Part shown: one piece after another, positions 49,849 to 60,359 of the stretch
Layout: every line of letters begins with the position of its first letter
Position numbering within the stretch: position 1 is the stretch's first letter
Assembly: GCA_963422305.1 (NCBI GenBank)
Contig: OY729422.1
Coordinates: 4,267,985 to 4,331,984 of the forward strand
Reading direction: 5' to 3'
Origin: Bryobacterales bacterium
Lineage (GTDB): Bacteria > Acidobacteriota > Terriglobia > Bryobacterales > UBA6623
Length of the DNA stretch: 64,000 bases
The notes under the pieces: generated by a model
The model's database searches: none
The model's input: the letters and a program-made list of their open reading frames with translations, nothing else
Told to the model about the DNA's origin: nothing
Program-made: the position numbers and the translations under genes

Positions 49849-50136
49849 CTACTTCGACTCATTGCAGTTCCGCTTCGGAAGAATCGGCTCAACGTCGCCG
49901 TGTGGAGCCGGAATGACGTGAACGCTGATTAACTCGCCCACCCGGCGGGCTGCCGCCGCGCCGGCATCGGTGGCTGCCTTAACCGCGCCGACATCGCCGC
50001 GACAGATCACGGTGACGAATCCTGCGCCGATGTATTCTTTGTCCTCAAGCGTCACGTTCGCGGTCTTTACCATCGCGTCGGCGGCTTCAATTGAGCCAAT
50101 CAGTCCCTTTGTTTCGATCAGTCCCAAGGCTTGCAT
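49849..50136 (-). CDS. Bacterial microcompartment hexameric shell protein (BMC-H, EutM/PduA-like)
   Basis: [38 protein letters not shown]. Confidence 0.97.
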   Translation of the reverse strand: MQALGLIETKGLIGSIEAADAMVKTANVTLEDKEYIGAGFVTVICRGDVGAVKAATDAGAAAARRVGELISVHVIPAPHGDVEPILPKRNCNESK

Positions 50137-50257
50137 AAATCAATCCCCATGAAAACTGACATTAGCACATCACATGGACGGGACTCAACAGATGGAGCCC
50201 GCAGCCTGCCCCGGAATAGAGAACCGGCGGCGCCGAAACCGGTAAGATAAATCTCTT

Positions 50258-51229
50258 GTGCCCCATTTTCCGGCCGTCGGCCGCATCCAACGTTTCGCTT
50301 CCGCACTCGATGAACTGATCGCCCCCGGCGCCGAGATCGAGCGCCTCGAGGTCGGTTTCGCCTGGTCGGAAGGCCCGGTGTGGGACGCCGCCGCCAGCCG
50401 GCTGCTGTTTTCCGACATCCCGCGCAACGCCATTATCCACTGGAACGAATCCGAGGGCGCCCGCATCTGGATGCAGCCTTCGGGATACACCGGCGTCGCC
50501 TATTACGGTAAGGAACCCGGCTCGAACGGCCTGACTTTTGACGCCGAGGGGCGCCTTCACGCCTGCGAGCACGGCGACCGGAGGATTTCGCGGCTCGAGC
50601 GCAACGGCGGCAAGAAGACGGTCGTCGACAGTTACCGGGGAAAACGGCTCAACAGCCCGAATGATCTGGTCTTTCACTCGAACGGCAATCTCTACTTCAC
50701 CGATCCGGCGTACGGTCTGCACCACCGTTACGAAGACCCCGACCGCGAGCTTCAATTCTGCGGCGTTTACCTCATGCGCCCCGGCGACCGCGAGCCGACG
50801 CTGCTGACCGACGAATTGCGCAATCCCAACGGCCTGGCCTTTACGCCGGACGAGAAGTGCTTGTATGTCACGCAGTCCAATCCCGACAGAGCGGTCGTGA
50901 TGAAGTATCCCGTCAACAGCGACGGCACGCTCGACGCCGGCAAGGTTTTCCAAGACCTCACCGCATATGCGGCGGATATGCCCGGTCTGCCCGACGGCAT
51001 GAAAGTTGACCATCTCGGCAACGTGTTTACTACCGGACCGGGCGGCGTCTGGGTTTTGGCCCCCGAGGGGGAAATCCTCGGCCGCATCGAAACCGGCGAG
51101 CGCATCGCCAATCTGTGTTGGGGCGGCGCCGGCTCAACGCTCTACCTCTGCTCCCACGGGTGGCTGTGCCGCCTGCACGCGCTCACCAGCGGGCCGATTC
51201 CGGCCGTGCGGCCCGGTTCAACGGTCTAA
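50258..51229 (+). CDS. SMP-30/gluconolactonase family protein
   Basis: WSEGPVW, SNGL, LNSPNDL, YFTDP, PNGLAF, PDGMKVD. Confidence 0.93.
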   Translation: MPHFPAVGRIQRFASALDELIAPGAEIERLEVGFAWSEGPVWDAAASRLLFSDIPRNAIIHWNESEGARIWMQPSGYTGVAYYGKEPGSNGLTFDAEGRLHACEHGDRRISRLERNGGKKTVVDSYRGKRLNSPNDLVFHSNGNLYFTDPAYGLHHRYEDPDRELQFCGVYLMRPGDREPTLLTDELRNPNGLAFTPDEKCLYVTQSNPDRAVVMKYPVNSDGTLDAGKVFQDLTAYAADMPGLPDGMKVDHLGNVFTTGPGGVWVLAPEGEILGRIETGERIANLCWGGAGSTLYLCSHGWLCRLHALTSGPIPAVRPGSTV

Positions 51230-51769
51230 GACCGCCCCTCTCGCCGCAACGGCCGCGATGAAGGCGCGACAAAACGCCGGAAGGTCGTCGGGAATGCGCG
51301 AGGTCACCAGCGGACCGTCGACGACAACTTGCTCGTCCACATATTCGGCGCCGGCATGGATCACGTCGTCTTTGATCGAATGAAAACATGCAGCCCTGCG
51401 TCCTTTGAGAACGTTCGCAGAGCAGAGCAGCCAAGCGCCGTGACAGATCGATCCAACGGGTTTGTCATCGCTCACCGCTTGCGCAATCAGGTCGGCAAAG
51501 GCCGGCTTGCGGCGCATGTAGTCGGGCGCCCAGCCGCCCGGCACGACCACGGCATCGAAATCGTCGGCCGACACGTCTTCTACCGCGGCTTCCGCCTTGA
51601 CGGGATAACCGAGCTTACTCTTGTATGTCGCCCCGGCTTCCGAGCCTACGGCGGTGACTTCGGCGCCGGCCTCGCGCAGCCGCAGAATGGGGTACCAGAC
51701 TTCAAGCTCCTGGTAATAGTTTTCGACGAGTACGGCGATACGGCGTCTGCTCAACTCCATTGCGCTCAT
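51218..51769 (-). CDS. PfpI/DJ-1 family protein
   Basis: ELEVWYP, VVPGGWAPD, SICHG, TSRIPDDL. Confidence 0.93.
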   Translation of the reverse strand: MSAMELSRRRIAVLVENYYQELEVWYPILRLREAGAEVTAVGSEAGATYKSKLGYPVKAEAAVEDVSADDFDAVVVPGGWAPDYMRRKPAFADLIAQAVSDDKPVGSICHGAWLLCSANVLKGRRAACFHSIKDDVIHAGAEYVDEQVVVDGPLVTSRIPDDLPAFCRAFIAAVAARGAVLDR

Positions 51770-52332
51770 TCAGCAGCCACGCCGCCGACTGCTTTCGCGG
51801 CGGCCGGTTTGGAAACATATTTGTCGAGTATCTTGTATATCCCTTCACTTTCGAAAAAGCTCTTTTGGAGTAGATTGTAGCCATAGTCCTCGCGGATCAT
51901 GCCGTCTCGGTCGATGACGAAAAAGTGCGGCACATCGAAAGTCGGATTGCTCGAGTCGACCTTGAGGTACGAGGCCGCAGCCTGGCCGCAATCGAACAAA
52001 ATCGTGGTCGAAACCTGGTTCTTGATCAGATAGCCGCGAACCGCGTTTTGATTGTCGGGAGGGTTCACGATCGACAACACTTTCAGCCGCGGGCCGTACT
52101 TTTTTTCCGCCGCGCCCAAAACCTTCGAGAACGCCGTGCAGTGCGGACAGCCGACATTCATAATGTTGAGGACGACGACACGGCCGCGGTAATCAGCGAG
52201 GTCATGGTACTTGAGCTGGATGTCGGGCAGAGTGAATCCCGGAGCGCGGCGGTTAGATAGGGAACCAGCTCCAAACGCCGCGGCGGAAAAACCCAGAAGA
52301 ATTGCTACTGTAAATAATAAGCGGTTCCTCAT
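51766..52332 (-). CDS. Exported TlpA/redoxin family protein
   Basis: Signal peptide, APGFTLPD, CPHC, VPHFFVID. Confidence 0.85.
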   Translation of the reverse strand: MRNRLLFTVAILLGFSAAAFGAGSLSNRRAPGFTLPDIQLKYHDLADYRGRVVVLNIMNVGCPHCTAFSKVLGAAEKKYGPRLKVLSIVNPPDNQNAVRGYLIKNQVSTTILFDCGQAAASYLKVDSSNPTFDVPHFFVIDRDGMIREDYGYNLLQKSFFESEGIYKILDKYVSKPAAAKAVGGVAAE

Positions 52333-52426
52333 AAGGCTCACCATAACACAAGAGATTCCGGGTCTGCGCACGGCCGGGTTTCTTGCGTCGACTGCTTGCT
52401 CATTTCCCCTTCCCCAGATATTTTCT

Positions 52427-54745
52427 ATGACGCCAATACATCGATTCACCCTCTCGATCGCGATTCTCGGCTCGGTCGGCTTGCTACCCGCTTCGGCCGC
52501 CCGGGACGCTGACATCTTAGAGATCGGGCGGCGATCTTTCGAAGCGCGCTGCGGCGGCTGCCACGGCGGGGACGGCAAGGGCGGAGTGCGCGCTCCCAAT
52601 ATCGTGACACCCGGGTTGGTCCCGCAGCGCAGTGCCGAGGAGATGGCCGAGTTAATTACCCAGGGCCTGCCCGATTGGGGAATGCCCGGCTCTCAGGTTC
52701 CCGAGCCGGAGTTGACGGCGTTGATCGCTTTTTATCGGACGCAGACCGCGCCTGCGAGCGAGGCGGTCGTCAGCGGCGACTTCAAAAAAGGCGCAGCGCT
52801 TTTTGAACGGTTCTGCGCGGAGTGCCACCTACGCCGCGACGGCATGCGCATGGCCGGCCCCGATTTGTCGGCAATCGGCGCGCAGAGAACTCTCAACGAG
52901 TTACGCGAGGCGGTTGCGTCGCCCGCTGCCTCGACGGCGAAAGGGTACGCGGCAGTCGATGTCGAGCTGGCAAACGGCGAGACCCTGCGCGGCTTCTCTC
53001 GGAACGCGAGCAACTACGACCTGCAGCTACAGGGACTCGACGGTAAGCTGCGCCTGCTGCGGCGCTCGGAGTACCGCGTCGTCAAACAGGTGGGGAAATC
53101 TTTGATGCCTGCGCCGGATCTAGAAGAAGCCGAAGTCGACGACCTGATTGCCTATCTTGCCAAGCTCGACGGCTCGCAGCCGCAAACGGCCAAGAAGGAA
53201 CTCCCCGGAGCGCTGAGCTTCAACCGCATACTGGCGCCGTCCGAGGGTGAGTGGCCGACGTACAACGGCGATATCCGCGGCAACCGCCACAGCCGCCTGA
53301 AGCAAATCCATGCACGGAATGCCGCGGAACTGGCGCCGGCGTGGATATTCCCTATCGCCGCGCCTCGCGATCTGGAGATGACGCCCATTGTCGCTGGAGG
53401 CGTAATGTACGTCACGACCGCCAACAAGATTCACGCGCTCGACGCTGCGCGGGGCCGTGAAATCTGGACCTATCAACAGCCGCGGGTCCCCGGCGTGATG
53501 GGAGACGCCGGCCGCGGGGCGAACCGCGGCGTCGCCGTGTTGGGAGACAAGGTCTTTCTGGTAACCGACCATGCTCACATGATCGCCGTCGACCGGCTCT
53601 CGGGACGGTTGCTTTGGGATGCCGAAATGGCCGACTACCGCCTGCACTACGGCGGCACTCTGGCGCCGTTAGTCGTCAAGGACAAGGTGATTGGGGGCGT
53701 CGGCGGCGGCGACGAGGGCATCCGCGGATTTCTGGCCGCCTATGACGTCGAAACAGGCGAGGAAGCCTGGCGCTTCTGGACGGTTCCCCTGCCCGGCGAG
53801 CCGTTGGCGGAGACCTGGAAGGGCAGCGTGCTGCCCCGCGGCTGCGGGGCGACTTGGCTGACCGGCACTTATGACTCCGAGCTCGACACGCTGTACTGGC
53901 CGGTCGGCAATCCGTGCCCCGACATGAACGGCGACGACCGCATCGGCGACAACCTCTACACCGATTCGATGCTGGCGCTCGATCCGGATAGCGGGGAGTT
54001 GAAATGGCATTACCAGTACACGCCGCACGACGAGTTCGATTGGGACGCCAATCAAACGCCGCTGCTGCTCGATGTCGAATGGCAGGGGAAACCCCGCAAG
54101 GTGTTGGCCCACGCCAACCGCAACGGGTATTTCTATGTGCTCGACCGCGTTACGGGCGAGCTCTTGCGGGGCAAGGCATTCGTCAAAAAACTGACCTGGT
54201 CGAGCGGCATCGGTAATGACGGGCGCCCTGTGTTGATCCCGGGTAAGCGGCCCACGCCCGCGGGAAACATCGTCTGTCCGGGCCTTGCCGGCGCGACGAA
54301 TTGGATGTCGCCGGCTTACCATCCGCAAACCGGCCTTTTCTACGTGCAGGCAACCGAGGGCTGCCAGATTTTCACCAAGCGCGAGGAGGCCTGGCAGCCC
54401 GGCAAGCAATACTTCGGCGGTACGGCGAAGAACATTCCCGGCGAGCCGCCCAAGAGATACCTGCGCGCGCTCGACTTGGCGACCGGGGACGTCCGCTGGG
54501 AGATCGAGCAGATCGGCGGACGCGGCACCTGGAGCGGCGTGTTGACCACGGACGGCGGTCTGGTTTTCTACGGCGACGACAGCGGCGCTTTCGCCGCCGC
54601 GCAGGCAACGGACGGCGAGCCTCTATGGAACTTCCAACTCAACGTTCAGTTCCGCGCGTCGCCCATGACCTACAGCATCGACGGACGCCAATACGTAGCG
54701 GTCGCCGCCGGACGGAATGTAGTGGCTTTTGCTCTGCCGCGTTAA
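52427..54745 (+). CDS. PQQ-dependent dehydrogenase with two N-terminal c-type heme domains
   Basis: CGGCH and CAECH; PQQ propeller motifs WPTYNGD, TPIVAGGVMYVT, NRGVA, YQYTPHDEFDWD, NRNGYFYVLDR, PMTYSIDGRQYVAV. Confidence 0.9.
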   Translation: MTPIHRFTLSIAILGSVGLLPASAARDADILEIGRRSFEARCGGCHGGDGKGGVRAPNIVTPGLVPQRSAEEMAELITQGLPDWGMPGSQVPEPELTALIAFYRTQTAPASEAVVSGDFKKGAALFERFCAECHLRRDGMRMAGPDLSAIGAQRTLNELREAVASPAASTAKGYAAVDVELANGETLRGFSRNASNYDLQLQGLDGKLRLLRRSEYRVVKQVGKSLMPAPDLEEAEVDDLIAYLAKLDGSQPQTAKKELPGALSFNRILAPSEGEWPTYNGDIRGNRHSRLKQIHARNAAELAPAWIFPIAAPRDLEMTPIVAGGVMYVTTANKIHALDAARGREIWTYQQPRVPGVMGDAGRGANRGVAVLGDKVFLVTDHAHMIAVDRLSGRLLWDAEMADYRLHYGGTLAPLVVKDKVIGGVGGGDEGIRGFLAAYDVETGEEAWRFWTVPLPGEPLAETWKGSVLPRGCGATWLTGTYDSELDTLYWPVGNPCPDMNGDDRIGDNLYTDSMLALDPDSGELKWHYQYTPHDEFDWDANQTPLLLDVEWQGKPRKVLAHANRNGYFYVLDRVTGELLRGKAFVKKLTWSSGIGNDGRPVLIPGKRPTPAGNIVCPGLAGATNWMSPAYHPQTGLFYVQATEGCQIFTKREEAWQPGKQYFGGTAKNIPGEPPKRYLRALDLATGDVRWEIEQIGGRGTWSGVLTTDGGLVFYGDDSGAFAAAQATDGEPLWNFQLNVQFRASPMTYSIDGRQYVAVAAGRNVVAFALPR

Positions 54746-55325
54746 AGCTCGCCGTCTCTGCCCGCTCAACTGCATTCGGTCCAGTCCGCCGCCGCGCCGC
54801 CGGCTGCTTCCGAGGAGGGTGTTTTCTCCACACGCCTGTCGATCGCCCTGGAGAGTCCTTCGCTTTCTAAAACGCCCCGTTCGTTGGAGCTGGTTTTAGA
54901 CCTAGTTCTTCCTCACGGATCATGCCGTCCCACGGTCGATGGGGAAGAAGTGCAGCGCGTTGAAGGTCGGATTGCCGGCGCCGATCTCAAGATACGGGGC
55001 CGCCGCCCGGCCGCAATCTGTGGAGGACGACGACGCGGCCGCGGTCATCGGTGAGGCTGGGGCGCTCCAACTGAAGATCAGGCAGAGCGAATCCCCGGCC
55101 TCGGCGATTCGAGAGCACCGGCGCCGAAAGCTGCCGCGGCAAATCCCGAAGCATCGCAACTTATAGGACAAGGCCTCTCAAAGGTTCCCCGCAGCCGAAG
55201 AAATCTGCCGTTTCCGCGCGGCGCCGAGGAGACGGCTGTACGGATGCACCCAGACGGCCGCTCGATTGAGGGATTCCCGACTCGCACTTCGCACAGGCGT
55301 TTCCTTCAATCCTCTGCCCTGCTTT

Positions 55326-57740
55326 CTAAAAGAGCCACTCCATGCCCACCAGTAGGAAGCGCCCGGTAACGCTGCCGATTCCGGTCTCGTTGGTCAACCG
55401 ATTCCAGAACACGCCCTGAGGGTTTTCACGTCCGGTCACGTTCTGCATGCCCGCGTACGCCAGTACGGTCCGTCCGTCAATGCGGAACGCGCGGTCGAGG
55501 CGCAGATCCAGCGTGAAGAAGGGGGAATAACGCAGGGAATTGACTTGGCTGAGATCGAAAATACCGCGCCTCTGGGCGCGCGACAACTCTTCATTAAATG
55601 GCGTGTACGGCCTCCCGGTAAGGTAGGAAGCGCGCAAAGCCAACTCCCAATTCGCGGCTACCCTGCGGCCGCCCACCAAATTGAAGGCGAACGGACGGTC
55701 GAACGCGCCGCGACGGAACACGCGGTCAAGTCCGGCGTGGCGCGCCCGCGAATAGGCAAAATTGGCTTGTCCGAACCAGCTTCCGCCGGATTTCTTTTCC
55801 ACGAAAATCTCGATCCCCCGCGACCATCCTCTGCCGGAGCTAGTCATCGGGTAAAGAATGTCGCGGACGTTGAAGGTATCGCCTACATTGGCGAAAGAGA
55901 GTTGCGGAAACTGGGTCGAAACCGGATAGACTTTGTAGTTTTTCGCGTATGCCTCCACGGTTACCCGCATCTTGGCTCCCGGGTTCCAGCCGATGCCGCT
56001 GACCCAGTGCTCCGAACGTGCCGGCAGCAGGTCTCGATTTCGGTCGAACGCCGCCATGAACAGATAAAGAGGCATCTGGTGGTAGCGCCCCCAGCTTGTG
56101 TTCCAAGACACGCCGCGGCCCAGCCTCACTTTTAGGCCGGCGCGGGGGCTGAAACGAGTGTGCGCCGCGCTGAATTGCCTGTAGCGGTCGAAGCGGCCGC
56201 CGAGCGTCAGGCGAACCTTTGATGCGAGGGCGTAAGCACCCTGGATATAAGCGCTGGTCTGTGCGGCTGGGAAGCGTTCGCGCAGCGCAATCGGGTTAAC
56301 GTCAGGAATCAGTGTGAACGGCCCGTTGTAGCCCAGCGGCGAGAGCGTGATGTATTTGTTGAAGAAGCGCTTTCGGGAGGCTCCGAGGCGGTACTCCCCG
56401 AAGCGGTCGGTATGTAGCGTTAGATCGTACTTCAAGGTCGTTTCGTCTTCGCTCGAATCTTGGCGGAACACGACCGCTCCACCGGCGATCAGTTGCTCGG
56501 TATTCGCGCCGGGCACAAACGGTCCTCCGCGCGCCAAGTCCTTGGTCGTCGAATCGATGCCTGCCCGAGAGTGGGTCAGCCCCAGCAAACCGACTCCCCG
56601 ACTTCCGAAGATGTGCTGCCAATTCAGTCCCGCGGCGCTGCGGAAGCCGCGGTATCGTATGTCGAACGCACTCAATTCTTCTTCGATGTCGCCGTCATCC
56701 GTCAGGCCGAGGCGGATTTTGTCCAAGCCGGTGATGCTGGTTACCCAGATGCGGTCCGCCGCGCCGAAGTCCCTTACCGCCTTGCCCGTGAACGAGTAAT
56801 ACACGGGAACACCGCCGATTCCTATGTCATCTGTGAAGAAATCCAGGAAGCTGCGCCGGGCGGAAACGACCCAAGATCCCTTCTGCTGTGCCCATGGACC
56901 CTCCAGAACTCCGCCGGCCCCGCCGTAAGCCAGCGTGGCCTTGCCGCGGAACCGTTCGCGGCTGCCCTCCCTTTGCGTAACCTGCATTACACTGGACAGT
57001 CGGTTGGTGTAGGGCGCCGGGTATCCCCCCGTCAAAAACGTCACATCTTCGATCAACTGCACGTCCAGCAGACTGACCGTTCCACCGGCGGAGGCTAGGT
57101 TGGCGAAGCTGTTGATGTTCGGAATCTCGATGTTATCCACCACAAAGAGGTTTTCCAGCGGGCTTCCCCCGCGCACGATGATGTCGTTGCGGAAGTCTGC
57201 CGAGCCCGTCACGACTCCCGGCAGCGTAGCCGCGTAACGGGAGACATCCTGCAGTGCATCCGCTACTTTGGCGATCTCCCGATTCTGGATGCGGAATCCG
57301 GACACAATGACCTCATCCGGCGTTGTGACCGCGGATGCGCTGACGGTGACCGCAGTTTCTACGGATGGAATATCCGGCAGAACCAAGCGCAATTCACTGG
57401 TCAGTCCGGCGCGCGTTTCGAGCGCTCCGGTCATCAGCGCCTGGCCGGAGTCGAGGTAAATTTCCAGCCGCCGGATTCCCGGTTTGGCGTCAAGGTCTCC
57501 GAATCGGCCCGCCGCATCGCTGACCGTGCATTGCCTCGTGCCTGCAAAACAAACTTTCAACCCTGCAACGGGCGCGCCGTTGCTGCGCTGCAGCACGCCG
57601 CGCACCGAAGCTGCGCCGACCGTGTCTTGGCCGGCTGCGGTGACGCTCCAAATCGCTGTAAGCAAAATTGCCGGAGCGGACTGCCGGAGCGTGAAAAAAA
57701 GATGCTTCCCGATAGGCAGGGGCAAACTTGATTTCAGCAT
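55326..57740 (-). CDS. TonB-dependent receptor
   Basis: Carboxypeptidase-like N-domain; plug (DFRNDIIVRGGSPLENLFVVDNIEIPNINSF, GGYPAPY); barrel ending in WLF. Confidence 0.9.
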   Translation of the reverse strand: MLKSSLPLPIGKHLFFTLRQSAPAILLTAIWSVTAAGQDTVGAASVRGVLQRSNGAPVAGLKVCFAGTRQCTVSDAAGRFGDLDAKPGIRRLEIYLDSGQALMTGALETRAGLTSELRLVLPDIPSVETAVTVSASAVTTPDEVIVSGFRIQNREIAKVADALQDVSRYAATLPGVVTGSADFRNDIIVRGGSPLENLFVVDNIEIPNINSFANLASAGGTVSLLDVQLIEDVTFLTGGYPAPYTNRLSSVMQVTQREGSRERFRGKATLAYGGAGGVLEGPWAQQKGSWVVSARRSFLDFFTDDIGIGGVPVYYSFTGKAVRDFGAADRIWVTSITGLDKIRLGLTDDGDIEEELSAFDIRYRGFRSAAGLNWQHIFGSRGVGLLGLTHSRAGIDSTTKDLARGGPFVPGANTEQLIAGGAVVFRQDSSEDETTLKYDLTLHTDRFGEYRLGASRKRFFNKYITLSPLGYNGPFTLIPDVNPIALRERFPAAQTSAYIQGAYALASKVRLTLGGRFDRYRQFSAAHTRFSPRAGLKVRLGRGVSWNTSWGRYHQMPLYLFMAAFDRNRDLLPARSEHWVSGIGWNPGAKMRVTVEAYAKNYKVYPVSTQFPQLSFANVGDTFNVRDILYPMTSSGRGWSRGIEIFVEKKSGGSWFGQANFAYSRARHAGLDRVFRRGAFDRPFAFNLVGGRRVAANWELALRASYLTGRPYTPFNEELSRAQRRGIFDLSQVNSLRYSPFFTLDLRLDRAFRIDGRTVLAYAGMQNVTGRENPQGVFWNRLTNETGIGSVTGRFLLVGMEWLF

Positions 57741-58847
57741 TCGGCCGTCTTGCCCGTCTTCCGCAAGACCAAGTAAGCGTTTATGAATTTGTTCAGATCG
57801 CCGTCGAGCACGCGGTCGACATCGCCGGCTTCGAGTCGGCTGCGAACATCTTTGACAAGACGGTAAGGAGCCAGCACGTAGTTGCGGATCTGACTTCCGA
57901 AATCAATCGCGGATTTCGAAGATTCGAGCTTGTCCGCCTCGGCCTGCTTCTTGCGCATCTCGTGATCGTAGAGCCGCGATCGCAATATCTTCATCGCGGT
58001 GGCCTTGTTTTTGTGCTGTGAGCGCTCATTTTGACATTGCACGACGATGTTGGTCGGCAGGTGGGTGATACGCACCGCCGAGTCGGTCATGTTGACGTGC
58101 TGCCCGCCGGCGCCTCCCGCGCGGTAGGTGTCGATGCGCAGGTCGTCGGGTCTGACGTCGATCGTAATTTCGTCGTCGATCTCGGGATAGACAAAGACGG
58201 AAGCGAATGAAGTGTGGCGTCTGGCGTTCGAATCGAACGGGGAAATGCGCACGAGCCGATGCACCCCGATTTCCGATTGCAGCAGGCCGTATGCGTTGTC
58301 TCCCTTGACCGTAAACGACGCCGACCGGATTCCGGCTTCCTCGCCGGGCTGCGTGTCGCTGATTTCGGTCTTGAAATCGTTCCGCTCGGCCCAACGCAGA
58401 TACATGCGCAGCAGCATTTCAGCCCAATCTTGCGATTCGACGCCCCCCGCTCCCGGGTGCAAGACGACGATCGCGTTGCGGTGGTCGTTTTCTCCGCTGA
58501 GCAGCGATCCGGTCTCGATTGCGTTCAGACGGTTCGCCAACGCTTTCATCTCGAAGGCGATCTCTTCTTCGACGGATTCGCCTTCGGCTGCGAGTTCGAA
58601 AAACGCCTCCAGGTCGGAAACCGCGCCCGCCAACTCTTGATCGGCCTCGACGGTTTCGGTCAGGCGCTTGCGCTCGCGCAAAACGGCTTCGTTGCCGGAG
58701 CGGTCGCTCCAGAACCCGGGGGCCGCGATTTTCCGCTCGATTTCCCCCAATTGCTTTTTGCCCGCAGGGACGTCAAAGGTACCCCCGGACCTGTCGGGCG
58801 CGCTCGCGGACGGATTGAAATTCTTGCTGGAGTTCGTCAATCGTCAT
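57734..58847 (-). CDS. prfB: Peptide chain release factor 2 with programmed +1 frameshift
   Basis: ATG at 58847 gives MTIDELQQEFQSVRERARQVRGYL, then CTT-TGA-C at 58778-58772 with an upstream GGGGG SD-like tract; the +1 frame has SPF and GGQ motifs. Confidence 0.97.
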
Positions 58848-58856
58848 CTCTTTCGA

Positions 58857-60359
58857 TTATTGCAAGCGACGGCCGGCTGAGGCGGTTACCGCCGCCGTCG
58901 CGGCGAGCGTCAGCAGCCAGAACCACTCGCCCCAACGAACATAGCCCGTCCGGTCGGTTTCGTAGCTGAAACCGACAGTGAGAACGCCTTGCTCGTACGA
59001 CGGCAGCCGCTCCGTCAGACGCCCGGCGGGGTCGATCGCGGCGGTGACGCCGTCGTTGGTGGCGCGTAGAATCCAGCGGCCGTTTTCGATGGCTCGCATG
59101 CGCGCGATCAACAGATGCTGTCCGCGGGCGGCGCTGCGGCCGTACCAGCTGTCGTTGGAAATGTTGACGAGCGCTTCCGCCCCGGCCGCCGTGAATTTTC
59201 GGATCGCCGAGGCGAAGACGGATTCGTAGCAGATGAACGCGCCTATCCCATGACCGTCGACTGGAGCGACGACAACCTCATTTCCCGGCTGGAACGCGCC
59301 CGCCTGCATGGTGATCTTCTCAACAAAATAATGGAACGGCCAAGGCACGAACTCGCCGAACGGCACAAGGTGAATTTTCGAGTAACGCGCCAGCAGCCTG
59401 CCGTCGGGAGAAAGCACGGCGCTGCTGTTCTGCGGCCTGTATTTGTCGCCTTGCTGGAAGCTGATCGTGTTGAATATGAAATGCGCGTCGGCCTCGCGGG
59501 CCACACGCTCCATGAAGGCCTGCGAACCGGGGTCGTCGAAGTAAAACGCGGCTACGGGGTACTCCGGCCAGATCAGGAGCGTGGGTTTTTCATCGCTTGC
59601 ATAGTTCGTTGAGAGCTCAAGCATGCGGGACAGGTGCTCTGTGCCGCGGCGGGCGTTCCAGGAGCCCGATTTCAACTCATCCGGGCGTACGGCGGGCTGA
59701 ACCAGGCGGGCTTTTTCAGACCCCGCGTCGGGCGCGGGCAGCGCCGGCAGGAAAGCCAAAAGCAGAAGCGGCGCGAGGGCAAGCAGCGGTTGAATCCGAC
59801 GACGCATGAGGGCGAGCGCTGCGGTCGCGTTCACGGCGGCGAATACGAATGAGGGGCCGTAAACTCCGGACCAGGGGGCGAGCCGCGCGATTTGCGGAAG
59901 CGCGAAGTCGGGGGCGGCATTTCCGAGCTGAGTCCAGGTGAACCCGAGGTATTGATGACTGCCTTCGATCGCCGTCCAGATTGCGGCGGTTGCCGGAGTC
60001 GCCCACGGGCGTCTGAGCAGCGGCCCGGCGAGCGCCGCGAATGCCGCCGAATGCAGCCCCTTGACGGCAGCGAACGCAGCGTAGAGCGCCGCGGCCGCCG
60101 GAGCAGCGATGCCGGCGTAATCGCGCATCACCGGGAAAACCCAATAGCAGGCGCCACCCCAGAAAACGACTCCCGACAGCCAGCCAAGCAGAAAACGGCG
60201 GCGCGGCGGCGCGCGATCGAGCGCAAGCAAAAGGGGAACAAGGCAGACGGGTGCAAGCCAGGACAGAGCTGCCCGGGGGAAAACGAGGACTTGCAGCAGG
60301 CCCGCGAGCAATGCGCCGGCGATGAGGAAAGTGCGGCGCGGCGCCGAGTCGGAGCTCAT
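58857..60359 (-). CDS. lnt: Apolipoprotein N-acyltransferase
   Basis: TM domain, WPE, KIHLVPFGEFVP, ICYES, ISNDSWY, RATNDG. Confidence 0.95.
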   Translation of the reverse strand: MSSDSAPRRTFLIAGALLAGLLQVLVFPRAALSWLAPVCLVPLLLALDRAPPRRRFLLGWLSGVVFWGGACYWVFPVMRDYAGIAAPAAAALYAAFAAVKGLHSAAFAALAGPLLRRPWATPATAAIWTAIEGSHQYLGFTWTQLGNAAPDFALPQIARLAPWSGVYGPSFVFAAVNATAALALMRRRIQPLLALAPLLLLAFLPALPAPDAGSEKARLVQPAVRPDELKSGSWNARRGTEHLSRMLELSTNYASDEKPTLLIWPEYPVAAFYFDDPGSQAFMERVAREADAHFIFNTISFQQGDKYRPQNSSAVLSPDGRLLARYSKIHLVPFGEFVPWPFHYFVEKITMQAGAFQPGNEVVVAPVDGHGIGAFICYESVFASAIRKFTAAGAEALVNISNDSWYGRSAARGQHLLIARMRAIENGRWILRATNDGVTAAIDPAGRLTERLPSYEQGVLTVGFSYETDRTGYVRWGEWFWLLTLAATAAVTASAGRRLQ

